From the NCBI GenBank assembly GCA_977017575.1, contig CDRNVI010000038.1:75127-139126 (forward strand): 64,000 nucleotides of DNA, read 5' to 3'. The position numbers and the translations under genes are program-made. Shown here piece by piece: positions 33,831-45,000 of the stretch (within the stretch, counting starts at the first letter, position 1; each line of letters opens with the position of its first letter). The notes under the pieces were generated by a model. The model was not told the DNA's origin, made no database searches, and worked only from the letters and a program-made list of their open reading frames with translations. The DNA is from Paramoeba atlantica (taxonomy: Eukaryota; Protista; Discosea).

Positions 33831-34540
33831 CGAAGTCAAGATACATCCCATCCCCACAGTTCACGTTGATGATCATGGCTCGTCTAGGGTTGGCTCACAG
33901 CGAGATGCCCAATACAATACTGTGCCCCGGATGCAAAATGATACTCGAAGCGAAAAATGCGTTACCACACTTCCTGGGATGTGTGAAATGTTTCGGCTCA
34001 AATGCTACTACACGGCACAATGCCTTAGTTCGACACATATACGATCTGTGCCTGAAAGCTGGTCTTCCGTGCGAGCGAGAGCCTCGGCAGTTCTCGACAT
34101 TTCGTTGTGTGAAGTGTGCAGAAACGGTGGCTGATGGCCAAAAACTACATCATCAGAGGAAATGTGGCACACATTCGTTTCACCGCAGTGGACCTGACTT
34201 AGTTGTGTTCTGGGCGACAGGCGAAGTTTATTACGATCTCACAGTAGTCAACGAACTTGCGAAATCACACTTGGGAAAAAAAGCGAGTCACCTATTACAA
34301 GAGGCTCAAAAAAAGAAAGTCGCAACATATGTGGACTCCAATTTAATTCCGCGCGAGCAATTCGTATGCCTACCGCTTTTGACAGGTGGTGCCATGAACA
34401 AGAGCACTATAAATTTCCTCCATAGCCTCGCGGATGCAAACGGATTCGAACGCCGTCATATTCTTGAGGACTTCAAGTTGCTTCTTTAAGAATTGAACGG
34501 AGCTCTCCTGGCTTCGCAACTGCGAAAGACAATGCAATAA
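33827..34540 (+). pseudogene. Family F fragment 3 (CCHC + RLE), premature TAA at 34487-34489
   Basis: CPGC..H..C, RSGPDL..YYD; LL*ELNG versus LLQELNG in paralogues; natural stop at 34538-34540. Confidence 0.85.
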
Positions 34541-35062
34541 AACAGGTCATCTCATATTACAAGATGTTAATATTGAGGGAGATACGGAGTATCTAACTCG
34601 CTTACTAAGGTTAATTCCAAAACTTGAAAATGCCCCTCAAAGAAGCGAGAGATCGAGTTTTTTCAAAATTTTAAAACGTAGCAGTAGCTCATTAGATGAA
34701 CTCTTTAATACTCAAAAAATCATCTACAACGACCTCATTTCCCAAATTGTAGAACACTTTTGGTAAAAAAAGTGCGTCTGCAAAGGTCTGCGATACGACA
34801 AACTGGTTGACTAAGGAGAGTCCTTTGAGTAGTCCAGTTGGTAAAGGGGTTCCATTTTGACGCTGGATGTCCGCGGTTCGGTTCCCGGCATCGACATTTT
34901 TGAACAAAAAAATTTATGTGCTCAAAATCGCGAAAAAAACAAATTCGGAACGATTTTTTTTTCAGATTTTTTTTTCTTGAAAAAAGTGGCCAGCTGGCCA
35001 CCAAAAACACGGTTTGCATTTTGTATATATATAGAGAGAAAAATAATGTGCAGGTCCGAATG

Positions 35063-36475
35063 GTACAGTGTAGCTACAGTGGACCTTGAGAGAGTGAGAG
35101 CAGTGCCACGTGAGGCAGTGATTGCACAGTGATGCAGTGCAGCTGCAGTGGCACGTGCCAGAGTAAGTGCACTGCCACGTGAGGCAGTGACTGCAGTGAT
35201 GCAGTGTAGCTGCAGTGGCACGTGAGAGAGTGAGAGTACTGCCACGTGAGGCAGTGACTGCAGTGTAGCTGCAGTAGCACGTGAGAGAGTGAGAGTACTG
35301 CCACGTGAGGCAGTGACTGCATCGGCACTGTACCTACAGTGGCACGTGAGAGAGTGAGAGCAGTGCCCCGTGAGGCAGTGATGCAGTGTAGCTGCAGTGG
35401 CACGTGCGAGAGTAAGAGTAGTGCCACGTGAGGCAGTGACTGCAGTGTAGCTACAGTGGCACGTGAGAGAGTAAGATTACTGCCACGTGAGGCAGTGACT
35501 GCAGTGATGCAGTGCAGCTGCAGTAGCACGTGAGAGAGTAAGTGTGCTGCCACGTGAGGCAGTGATTGCAGTGTAGATACAGTGGCAGAGTGACAGGCAG
35601 TGCCACGTGAGGCAGTGACTGCAGTGATGCAGTGCAGCTGCAGTAGCACGTGAGAGAGTGAGAGTACTGCCACGTGAGGCAGTGACTGCAGTGTACCTGC
35701 AGTAGCACGTGAGAGAGTGAGAGTACTGCCACGTGAGGCAGTGACTGCATCGGCACTGTACCTACAGTGGCACGTGAGAGAGTGAGAGCAGTGCCCCGTG
35801 AGGAAGTGATGCAGTGTAGCTGCAGTGGCACGTGCGAGAGTAAGAGTAGTGCCACGTGAGGCAGTGACTGCAGTGTAGCTGCAGTAGCATGTGAGAGAGT
35901 GAGAGTACTGCCACGTGAGGCAGTGACTGCAGTGTAGATACAGTGGCAGAGTGAGAGAGTAAGATTACTGCCACGTGAGGCAGTGACTGCAGTGATGCAG
36001 TGCAGCTGCAGTAGCACGTGAGAGAGTAAGTGTGCTGCCACGTGAGGCAGTGATTGCAGTGTAGATACAGTGGCAGAGTGACAGGCAGTACCACGTGAGG
36101 CAGTGACTGCAGTGATGCAGTGCAGCTGCAGTAGCACGTGAGAGAGTGAGAGTACTGCCACGTGAGGCAGTGACTGCAGTGTAGCTGCAGTAGCACGTGA
36201 GAGAGTGAGAGTACTGCCACGTGAGGCAGTGACTGCATCGGCACTGTACCTACAGTGGCACGTGAGAGAGTGAGAGCAGTGCCCCGTGAGGCAGTGTAGC
36301 TGCAGTGGCACGTGCGAGAGTAAGAGTAGTGCCACGTGAGGCAGTGACTGCAGTGTAGCTGCAGTAGCACGTGAGAGAGTGAGAGTGCTGCCACGTAAGG
36401 TAGTGACTGCATCGGCACTGTACCTACAGTGGCACGTGAGAGAGTCAGAGCACTGCCACGTGGGGCAGTGACTCA
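35063..36475. repeat. ~60-bp-unit complex minisatellite rich in CACGTG and CTGCAG
   Basis: Recurrent cacgtgagagagtgagagtactgccacgtgaggcagtgactgcagtgtagctgcagtag variants; flanked by a 31-bp direct repeat (34986-35016, 36653-36683). Confidence 0.9.
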
Positions 36476-36774
36476 CGTTGAGTGAGTCCACTGAGTGAGT
36501 CCCACGGGGGTGGGAGAGTGTTGTGGAAGAGTGGCCAGCTGGCCATGTTGTGGAAGTGACCATGTTTTGGAAGTGGCCATGTTGTGGAAGTGACCATGTT
36601 TTAGAAGTGGCCAATTTGTGGAAGGGTGGCCAGCTGGCCATGTTGTGGAAGGGTGGCCAGCTGGCCACCAAAAACACGGTTTGTGCTTCGTCGAAAAGTG
36701 GCCACCTGGCCTTTCTGTTCCTGGGAAACCTGTGATGTGCCTAGTCAACCTATGCCCGCAGAGGCGACCCCACT

Positions 36775-37530
36775 CGCACATTGATAATGCATAACGTGCC
36801 GCACATTGATAATGCATATAGCACATTGATGATGCATATAGCACATTGATGATGCATTATTTGGAAATTAAAGGTGTTTTCAAGAAATAGTGAACACTCG
36901 TCTCTGCTCCCGGTGAGGCCCCGGAGTTGCGAGAGGCCTCCATACCCCACAACTACCACCTCCCCCCCCTATTTAGCGGGGGTCGCGCGAGCGGGGTGAG
37001 GCCCTGCTACATAGGGGGGGAAGGTGGTAGTTGTTTTGGGGAATATGAGAGGCCGAACGCACGGAGGGGCCGGCCGGGCCAATGAACCCAGACACCATAC
37101 CCAACCCCTAGCAAAGCCTAGACCTTGTTTACCCGTTTGCAAGACAAGAATGTGTGTCGTTAGTGGGAAGCAATTTGCGAAGTCGAAAGGCTGTGTGATA
37201 TTAGTGTAACGCGCATAAGTACATGCCCGTGTGTATATAAAGGACGCACATTTATGGATAAGAATCGGATGTCTTTGTCACTCTTATCAATGTGCTATAT
37301 GCATTATCAATGTGCTATATGCATTATCAATGTGCTATATGCATTATCAATGTGCCGCTTAATATGCATTATCAATGTGCCGCTTAGTATGCATTATCAA
37401 TGTGCTATATGCATTATCAATGTGCTATATGCATTATCAATGTGCTATATGCATTATCAATGTGCTATATGCATTATCAATGTGCTATATGCATTATCAA
37501 TGTGCCGCTTAGTATGCATTATCAATGTGC
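36775..37530. repeat. Two oppositely oriented 20-bp arrays (gcattatcaatgtgctatat) around a central GC-rich hairpin
   Basis: ~4 units reversed at 36775-36858, ~12 units at 37278-37530; imperfect stem 36935-36972 / 37011-37054. Confidence 0.85.
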
Positions 37531-38769
37531 GGGCGCCGACTAGTGAATGGTACGCTAATGATTGAAGATGAAATCATTGTAAAGAACGAGAAGACCAAAG
37601 AAGAATTAAGCTCATACATTAAAGAAAATGGAAGGCCTGGTAAAATTTTGGATTGCACAGCCTTCTCAATAGCTGGCATCTCGGCCTCAACAGTAGACGG
37701 AAATCTTTCGGCTGAATTTCGAAAAAGTGATATTGATGATGAGCTTGAAATTGGGTGCGGCTTCTCTTACACCATTCACAAAGTACAGGGAGCTACTCTT
37801 ACAGAAAATGTCTGCATAGACTTGAACCGCAGACCAACATGCTATCACAGCAAGATGTTGTGTCATGCCTCGGTGTACGTGGCCCTCTCAAGAGTAAAAA
37901 GTGTGAGTCAACTTTGGTTACTCCCTGAAAGAAGTGATGGAGGCTTTAGCTACTTGGAAAACTTGCGACCCAACGCCGACGTTTCGAAATTCGTGAAACT
38001 TATGACGCAGAAGGAAGGCAATGAAAAATACGTACCTGAAAAAACTCTGTACCGTTGCCCTCCGCCATCTAAGAAAAAGAAACTGCAAATAAAGGGGGAA
38101 TACCCTATGTCGCGCGAAAGTGAAACTTACACGCGACCCCAGTTAAAAGATCGGACGCAAGACAATCAGTGGACACAACCTGGACAATTTATACCGGACA
38201 CAGTTATAAACACTTTAGGTTCAGTACTTTCAAGCCCGTCTGAAAGATATCAAGTATTGGATAGTTCTGTGACAACTACGATTTTTAAGAGATATGCCAC
38301 ATCAGTAGGGGATTTACCGGCAGAAATAAGAACAAGAATTTTCTTGGCTGACCGCACTGCCGTTCCATTCTTTTTCAATCAACACTTCGCTCTATGTGTT
38401 ATCGTACCGCATGAAAATAAAGAAGGCGGAAAGTTACTTTGGTTCGATTCCCTGCCTAACCACAATCCGAGGAGAAGAACTGAAGTGCTCTTAGATGTGC
38501 AAACTGTTGCGCAAAATATCTTTCACGGAGCACATGGCTGGGAGATTATACAGGGCTCAACCTTGGTGCAAGATGATGGCACCAATGACTGTGCTTTATT
38601 CGTTTGCCGTTGGATGATTCAGTGCGCAACTCCAGGTCTCGAAACACCTCCTGAACTGTCTCGTACGGAACTTGCTCAGATCGTCAGCCGGGAATCGGTA
38701 GAAGCGGTATGGGCAAAAGAGCGAAGAACAAGAAATACAGTGGAACAAGAAATGTACAGTGGAAAATAG
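37525..38769 (+). pseudogene. 5'-truncated PIF1-type helicase C-terminus fused to a Ulp1/C48-like cysteine protease (Helitron-like)
   Basis: GFSYTIHKVQGATL and VYVALSRV (SF1B motifs V/VI); FNQHFALCV, WFDSL, QDDGTNDCALF (His-Asp-Gln-Cys set). Confidence 0.8.
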
Positions 38770-39114
38770 AAAAGAAATTAGAGTAAATTGATACGAAAAT
38801 CACATTCATTTTGAATACCTTCTTCGTGAGAAGAGGGTCCTCAGACAATTATCTCTCGCATTGACGTGGCGTCTGAGCTTAATGCCTGTTGGCTAACCAA
38901 GCAGAGATACATAAAGAACTGTCAACGAACGAAATGTTCCGTATGCACGACCTGGTGTAAGTGTTGGGGGAACCTCGGTTCCGTCTCACTGAGCCAGTGA
39001 ACGTGCCCATAGGTGCACTTTTGCATTATTAAAGTACAACATAAAGGGCTCAATGCTTAACATAAACAAGACGTAAGTAGAATCGAACATAGACCTCCCA
39101 GAGGCAAAATGTTA

Positions 39115-39678
39115 GCCGGGCGGGCCCCTCAAAAAAAAGATTTCAGAAGCCTGTTTTCTTCAAGATTACCTGCCACGAGGTAAAGCACTCCCCGCGCCAG
39201 CGGGTCTGCACCGCCTCGAAGGGCCCGCCGGGCGGGCCCTTCAAAAAAAAGATTTCAGAAGCTTGTTTCCTTCAAGATTACCTGTCACGAGGTAAAGCAC
39301 TCCACGCGCCAGCAGGTCTGCACCGCCTCGAAGGGCCCGCCGGGCGGGCCCTTCAAAAAAAAGATTTCAGAAGCTTGTTTCCTTCAAGATTACCTGTCAC
39401 GAGGTAAAGCACTCCACGCGCCAGCAGGTCTGCACCGCCTTGAAGGGCCCGCCGGGCGGGCCCTTCAAAAAAAAGATTTCAGAAGCTTGTTTCCTTCAAG
39501 ATTACCTGTCACGAGGTAAAGCACTCCACGCGCCAGCAGGTCTGCACCGCCTCGAAGGGCCCGCCGGGCGGGCCCTTCAAAAAAAAGATTTCAGAAGCTT
39601 GTTTCCTTCAAGATTACTTGTCACGAGGTAAAGCACCACCTGCGCCAGCGGGTCCGCACCGCCTCGAACGGCCCGCCG
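39115..39678. repeat. Five tandem 112-bp GC-rich units with internal palindromes
   Basis: Unit starts 39115, 39227, 39339, 39451, 39563; gaagggcccgcc-g-ggcgggcccttc and ttacct-N6-aggtaa in each. Confidence 0.9.
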
Positions 39679-39680
39679 TA

Positions 39681-39887
39681 TAACCCAGATTGAAAGGGGC
39701 GAGGGAGATACGAAGCAACAGGCGTGGCAGATTCCCACTGAAAAGAAATGGTATCTCCCGCACGAAGTTTGTCTCCGAGCTAGAAAGCACAAAGGCTTTG
39801 CTCGTGCGGGGAGATACCATTTCTTTTCAGTGGGAATCTGCCACGCCTGTTGCTTCGTATCTCCCTCGCCCCTTTCAATCTGGGTTA
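39681..39887. mobile_element. 207-bp foldback/MITE-like element
   Basis: Arms 39681-39765 and 39802-39887 are reverse complements except for one C-run indel; 36-bp loop. Confidence 0.75.
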
Positions 39888-40918
39888 GAAGATTTTATCA
39901 TTACTAAGATCACTATCAGATTACAACCAAACATTAAAATCCTACAAAATCCTGCAAACCATGGTAGTGGGACATCCTCAGACAGCAGTAAAAATATTAG
40001 GCGCATACATCGGTCAGGATAGAATGGTAAATGAATGCTTATTAAAGAAGTTCGACAAACACGATGTATGCGTAAACGAGGCGGTTTATGCAATGACACT
40101 ACCGGCATTCGCGTACTGCGATACGTTAGCCTGGTGGTAATTTCCGTCGTCGATTCCGTCGAACCTCTTGTTTCCGTCGTTCCTCTATGCGCGTCTTCGC
40201 CTCGATCTAACGGTTCTTGACTTGTAGGTTGTGGCATTGATTGCAGTGCCATCGGTGCTGGTGGTGGTGCTGAAGGTTGGCATGTTATTTCGTTTGGTGG
40301 TGATATCAGTTTCGACGACGAATGCGGCGGTGAAGGGGCTTGACGACGATTACGTGCTGCTCGGGTGGGAAAGTGGGAAGGGAAATGAGCGGCTAGCGTA
40401 TCGTAAAAGGATGAGGTTTTCTTGGCCGTCTGTTGTGGTGTTGATCGAGGTGGGCTCAATGGTGGAGGCAAAGAGGGTGGAGATGGTGCGATCGGAGTTG
40501 GCATCGGTTCAGGTGGTGATATCTTTCGCAGTGTCGACTGTTTCGCTTGGACTGTTGATCGAGGTGGGCTCAATGGTGGAGGCAAGGGCGGCGGAGATGG
40601 TGGGTGCGGTGTCGGAGTTGGCATCGGTTCAGGTGGTGACGTCGTTCGCAGTGCCGACTGTCGTTGTGCTGGCGAAGATTTTGGTGTTGATCGTGGTGGT
40701 GACGGCACGGCCTGTGGCCCCAATGATGACGGAGCTGGTGGTGTTAGCGGTGGTTCCGGCGGTGACTGTGGCGCCGTTCTTGACTGTGGCGTTCTTGACT
40801 GTGGCGTCGCTGCCTTTTCCGCGTGGCGCTGGCTTTTCGTCCGACGTGTGGGGGGGAGCGACTGGACGACGGGAGCTACTCCCGTCTCTTTCGCTTTGGC
40901 ACGCGTGAGCATGCCCAT
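39875..40918 (-). pseudogene. CRE-like family E, Pro-rich N-terminus only (homology ends ~40140)
   Basis: MGMLTRAKAKETGVAPVVQSLPPTRR start; internal ~114-bp duplications; no RT downstream. Confidence 0.75.
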
Positions 40919-41146
40919 TTTTAGAAAAGAGTAGGAAAAAACAACAACAACAACAAACTAGACACCTCTACCCCCAACAGCGCAAACAAACACCACAACC
41001 TCGCCATGCAGCACACCATTGTATTATATATAGGAGGTATATATTGTATTGTATATAGGAGGTAGCTTAGGAGCATGGATTGATCGCTGATTTCTTCGGT
41101 TATACCTCTCCGGCTTGGCATCGGTGAAAAAGATGACTACATGGAC

Positions 41147-41430
41147 CAATGGCCCTCGAGCGCCCAAAAACCCCATTCAGCTCGGGCCCCTCTTCCACGT
41201 AGTTTGCATTTTTCGGACCAGTTTCGAATGCGTGAAAAGTGGAATGAAACGGAGCAACGGCCCTCGAGCGCCCAAAAACCCCTTTCAGCTCGGGTCTTTA
41301 TTCCACGAAGTTCGCCTTTTTCGCACCAGTTTCGTATGCATGAAAAGTAGAATGAAACGGGGCAATGGCTCTCGAACGCCCAAAAACCCTATTCAGCTCG
41401 AGCCCTTATTCCACGAAGTTCGACTTCACC
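41147..41430. repeat. 108-bp tandem repeat, ~2.6 copies
   Basis: caa(t/c)ggc(c/t)ctcga(g/a)cgcccaaaaaccc at 41147, 41255, 41363. Confidence 0.85.
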
Positions 41431-41823
41431 GCACGAAACCTAAAACTGGCGTGTGCATAGCCTCGGGGTTTACACGAGAGACATGCAGGAGCGGAAAGTT
41501 GAAGTTGTTTCGGGAATGTTGAGAATAGTTAAAGGCTGCAAGTTGCAGCTAAAAGGTTGTATGCCCTTCTAAAGCTGAAGGTGATTTTCCGGCATTATAA
41601 AAAAAGAGATATATCCGCTTTATTGTATTCCACCTCATTCCGCCTGTTTCTCCATCACACCTTTCAATTTACTCGGCGACACTCGATGCTCCACGATTTT
41701 GTGGGCGGGTGATCTGTTCGCTCGTTTCGTATTCACGTTCCCAAATGCACCTCTCTCAGGTAAAGGGTGTTTTCTGTGGGCTGTCCCGGAAAAAAACGGG
41801 GGCCTTCAATCAAGGCAATATCG

Positions 41824-42045
41824 ATCTTTTTTATATCGGATCCAATCTCCATGCGAAGCGATCATATACAGAAGTAACAAAAATGAAATTCAACTAGTAG
41901 TAGATATTTCTGTTGGTGTTTCAATACTACATAAGAAGTGTACAAAAGCTATCACTATAAATTCCTTTTCGAAAGAATCGTAGATTGATATATCTTTTTG
42001 ACTAGCCTATATTGCGTTAGTAGTTTTCCGAAAACGAAAGCGTTC
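41824..42045. repeat. Diverged host unit homologous to the 350-bp repeat (continues at 46761-46877)
   Basis: atc+T6 followed by the identical 19-mer atctccatgcgaagcgatc (41845-41863 = 5485-5503); downstream half has gattttt..aaaaaatcc..atc+T-run like 5428-5472. Confidence 0.65.
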
Positions 42046-45000
42046 AACGCCACGTCTGTCGCCACCTTGAGAAGGGATGTCATCCAGCCTAATGCACCTG
42101 GAGGGCTTATCTTCTAGGTTTCTATCCGAGGGACACCACATAACTTCTGTAATGTACCCCTTCACTTTGAACCAAAAAAGTTTCTTAAGCCAACTCATCA
42201 CTTTTGGTGGGCCTGCCCGCCAACGCGTTAGCCATGAAACCACATTCTTGTTGTCGGAAATTAAAGTGCTATTCCGTAAGTTTTTTTGTCTAACTAAATT
42301 CATCCCCTGCTCCGCGGCATACAATTCTTTATATGCAATCGATGAATCTTTCAACCAAAAGGGAAACCTTCCAGCCTTATATTTTAGGTCGCCGTGCTCT
42401 GTCCAAGCCAAACCCCACCCTTGATCAGAGGCATCCACAAAAATTTCAAAAGAAGCGACGCTTTTTTCGTTTACTTTTCGAGGGCGATTCTCCTCTACTG
42501 TGTCAATAAGCTCTACAAGATCTGCAATGAACGCCTTTGACATAAAACAGGGTTTGTCCCATAAAGATTGATCGAATGCTAGCCTACGGGATCGACCCCG
42601 GACCCACAACATGACGCCTAAGAACTGACATTGCTGGATACCTAGAATTCGTGTGGCCCAGAAAAGAGTACCCAGTACCTTCCAAATTAGGCGATGAGAG
42701 GGAAAGAAACGACGTCGCTGCAAACATTGAAATGCCTCGCGTAGTGCAGCTAACTTTTGAAGAAAAAGTACGGGGAGTGAAAGAGTTTTCTGCTGGAGAT
42801 CCACGTGTACTCCCAATATTGTGCCGCTCACCGTTGGTTGTGTAGTTACCAATATTTCGGCACCAGCACGGTCGGCTCGCTGCTGAATGTTTTGCAAATC
42901 CCCCGTGAGAGTTTCCGTATCATTCGCAAAACTATAGCCGTTATCTATAAATGTCAAAATTCGCTGTTTTTCTATTCCCTGGTACAAGACATTTGTCGCG
43001 GCATGGCCTATTTTCACCGACGCCTGCCAACCCATCGGGAGCGTAGCCCATCCGTATGTTCGCCCTTTGACACGGACTGCGAAGTAAGGGAGCAGCTTTG
43101 GCGGCAAGACGAATTGATGGTACCAACTCTTGCCATCCGTTTCGCAAAAGAAATTGTATTTGGCTACCATGGTCTCTATATCTTTCAAAGATGCAAGGTC
43201 TAGAGGGCCTGGTACCATCTCTTGCATAGAGTTTAGCGGAATCGCGTTTAAGATGACACGCATAGATTGCTTCTTCACTTTGGGTATCAAAAATGATGTC
43301 ATCCATACTCTTACCGCTCGTCGTGGAATACGCTTCAAAATACCTGCTTGGAGCATCTCGCGGAGCACGCGTCCTAATTTTTTTGATTCGCCCCGATAAC
43401 GCAGATCACGGAACTTTTTCAACAATTGCATAAACTTTTCTGGATTAATAATATAATCAAACAGTTCTGCCTCTTCACTCATATCTTCTTCCTTAGCCAT
43501 TCTGACTAACTCGGTCAGATTGATTCTGGCGGACGAGACGGCGTCCAGCGGCCAATCTCGTTCACAGGGACGGGTTCTCTCTCCACGCTGGATTCGTCGA
43601 TTGTCAGGGAAGTGTATATTGACGTAGGTGGGGTAGGCGACGAATTCATACAGTATTTCCCACGGAGAGGTGCTCGCACCGACAGGTGCGGCGACGCAGG
43701 CTCGCCCATTACGGTGCTGAGCCTCGTCTTCTTTAAGTGACGCGCGTTTAGCGCTGTCTGAACTTCGTACTGGTCCTCTAGCGATGTTCCCTCCCCCACT
43801 GCGTTCACGTAGTCCGCAAGTTCTTTCTCCATAGCTCGCTTCCTTTTTCTGGTTTGTAACGGGGCGGTTAAGTCGGCTTTCAGCGGGTCTACTAGGTATC
43901 TCGGGACCCGGGACTTCGGAGGACTTGTGTCCGTGATAGAACCCTTCGGAAGCATGTGAACTACTCCTCGAGAGAAATCTTTTCGACACCATGTGGGGTT
44001 TTCGCCTTCGCCCATTTCGCGTAGCACCTCGCGCTCTGTGGTCAGGTACGGATAAGGTAGCGTCTGTTGAGGGATATGCCGATGAGGAGTGTAATAAGGG
44101 GTGGGAAGGTGGTGAGAGTCGAATTTCTGAAGTCGAGAAACGGGAGTTCGTGGATGATCTTCGTCCATCGGGATGGGGGGTAGCATTGCTCCTGCCTCGC
44201 GTGGTTGTTGTTGTTGTTGGAATGCCTCGAGTGGTGTGGGGAGGGATGGCGGGATTGATTCGCGAGGATCGGGAGTTTCTGAATGATCTTCCATCATCAC
44301 GGGAGTTAACAAAGGTTCTTCCTCGCGTGACGTGAGGAGGGACGGCGGGATCGTGTTTGTTGGCTCGGGAAAACGTGATTCGAGAGGTGTCTGCAGCCGA
44401 TGACTCACGCCTGTTGGTACGGGGAGTATTGGTGGGTCTGTACGAGGGGTTCGGCTGGGGCAGAGCGGAGTGGAAATTACTCGTATGTTGTTTACACAGC
44501 TTGAAAAGCTTAGGCGTCTGGGGAGGCTCGCCCTCTGCAGGATTCCCCACCGATCTTTTGGTGTTGAGCAATTCGATTGAGTGACCACTCCCATCGTTTG
44601 ATCGACGGATAGAATTGATCTGGGTCCGTTCGTCGGTCTTACCTCTTTCCTCAATGACTCGGGAGTACTTTCCTGCTGTATTTGAATGCTTCCCGTCTCC
44701 ACGATAGTTTCGAGCGGCAGGAGTGTCTCTTCGGATGGTGTGAATCCTCTTTTCTCTTCCGACAGGGTAGTTCTTGGCTCGTCGAGATCTGGCTTTTCTT
44801 CTCTCCGGGATGTCGTGGCTTGATTGTGACAAATTTCCCGGGTCTGCGTCGTAGGATGCTCGAAAGGCACGGCTACGTATTGTCCTAGTTTTCGAGACAC
44901 CTCTAATCCCGCTATCGCTCTTGGGTCTAGAAACGAGCCGAGATACGCCCGCAGGGAAGCTTCGGAAACGTGCCGAGTCAGTTGCTGTATCGCTACTGCA

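Noticed and set aside
17144-33866. Repeated head-to-head fusions of minus-strand 5' ends to plus-strand fragments as twin-priming inversions
   Set aside because: The plus-strand fragments are colinear parts of one older element (F), and the TSD aattccatt shows simple nesting.
3983-34489. TAA at conserved Gln positions (3983, 34487) and in the YR (24667) suggesting a TAA=Gln genetic code
   Set aside because: ORFs over 1200 codons with many Gln codons are free of TAA/TAG, and TAA ends several ORFs at homologous positions. Isolated CAA>TAA substitutions explain the data.
35074-36677. His/Cys/Leu-rich ORFs over the minisatellite
   Set aside because: They are open only because the repeat lacks stops in those frames; no start context or domain.
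39115-39678. Palindromic regularly spaced repeats as a CRISPR array
   Set aside because: Intervening sequences are identical rather than unique spacers, there are no cas genes, and the context is eukaryotic. The same applies to the 20-bp, 108-bp and 267-bp arrays.
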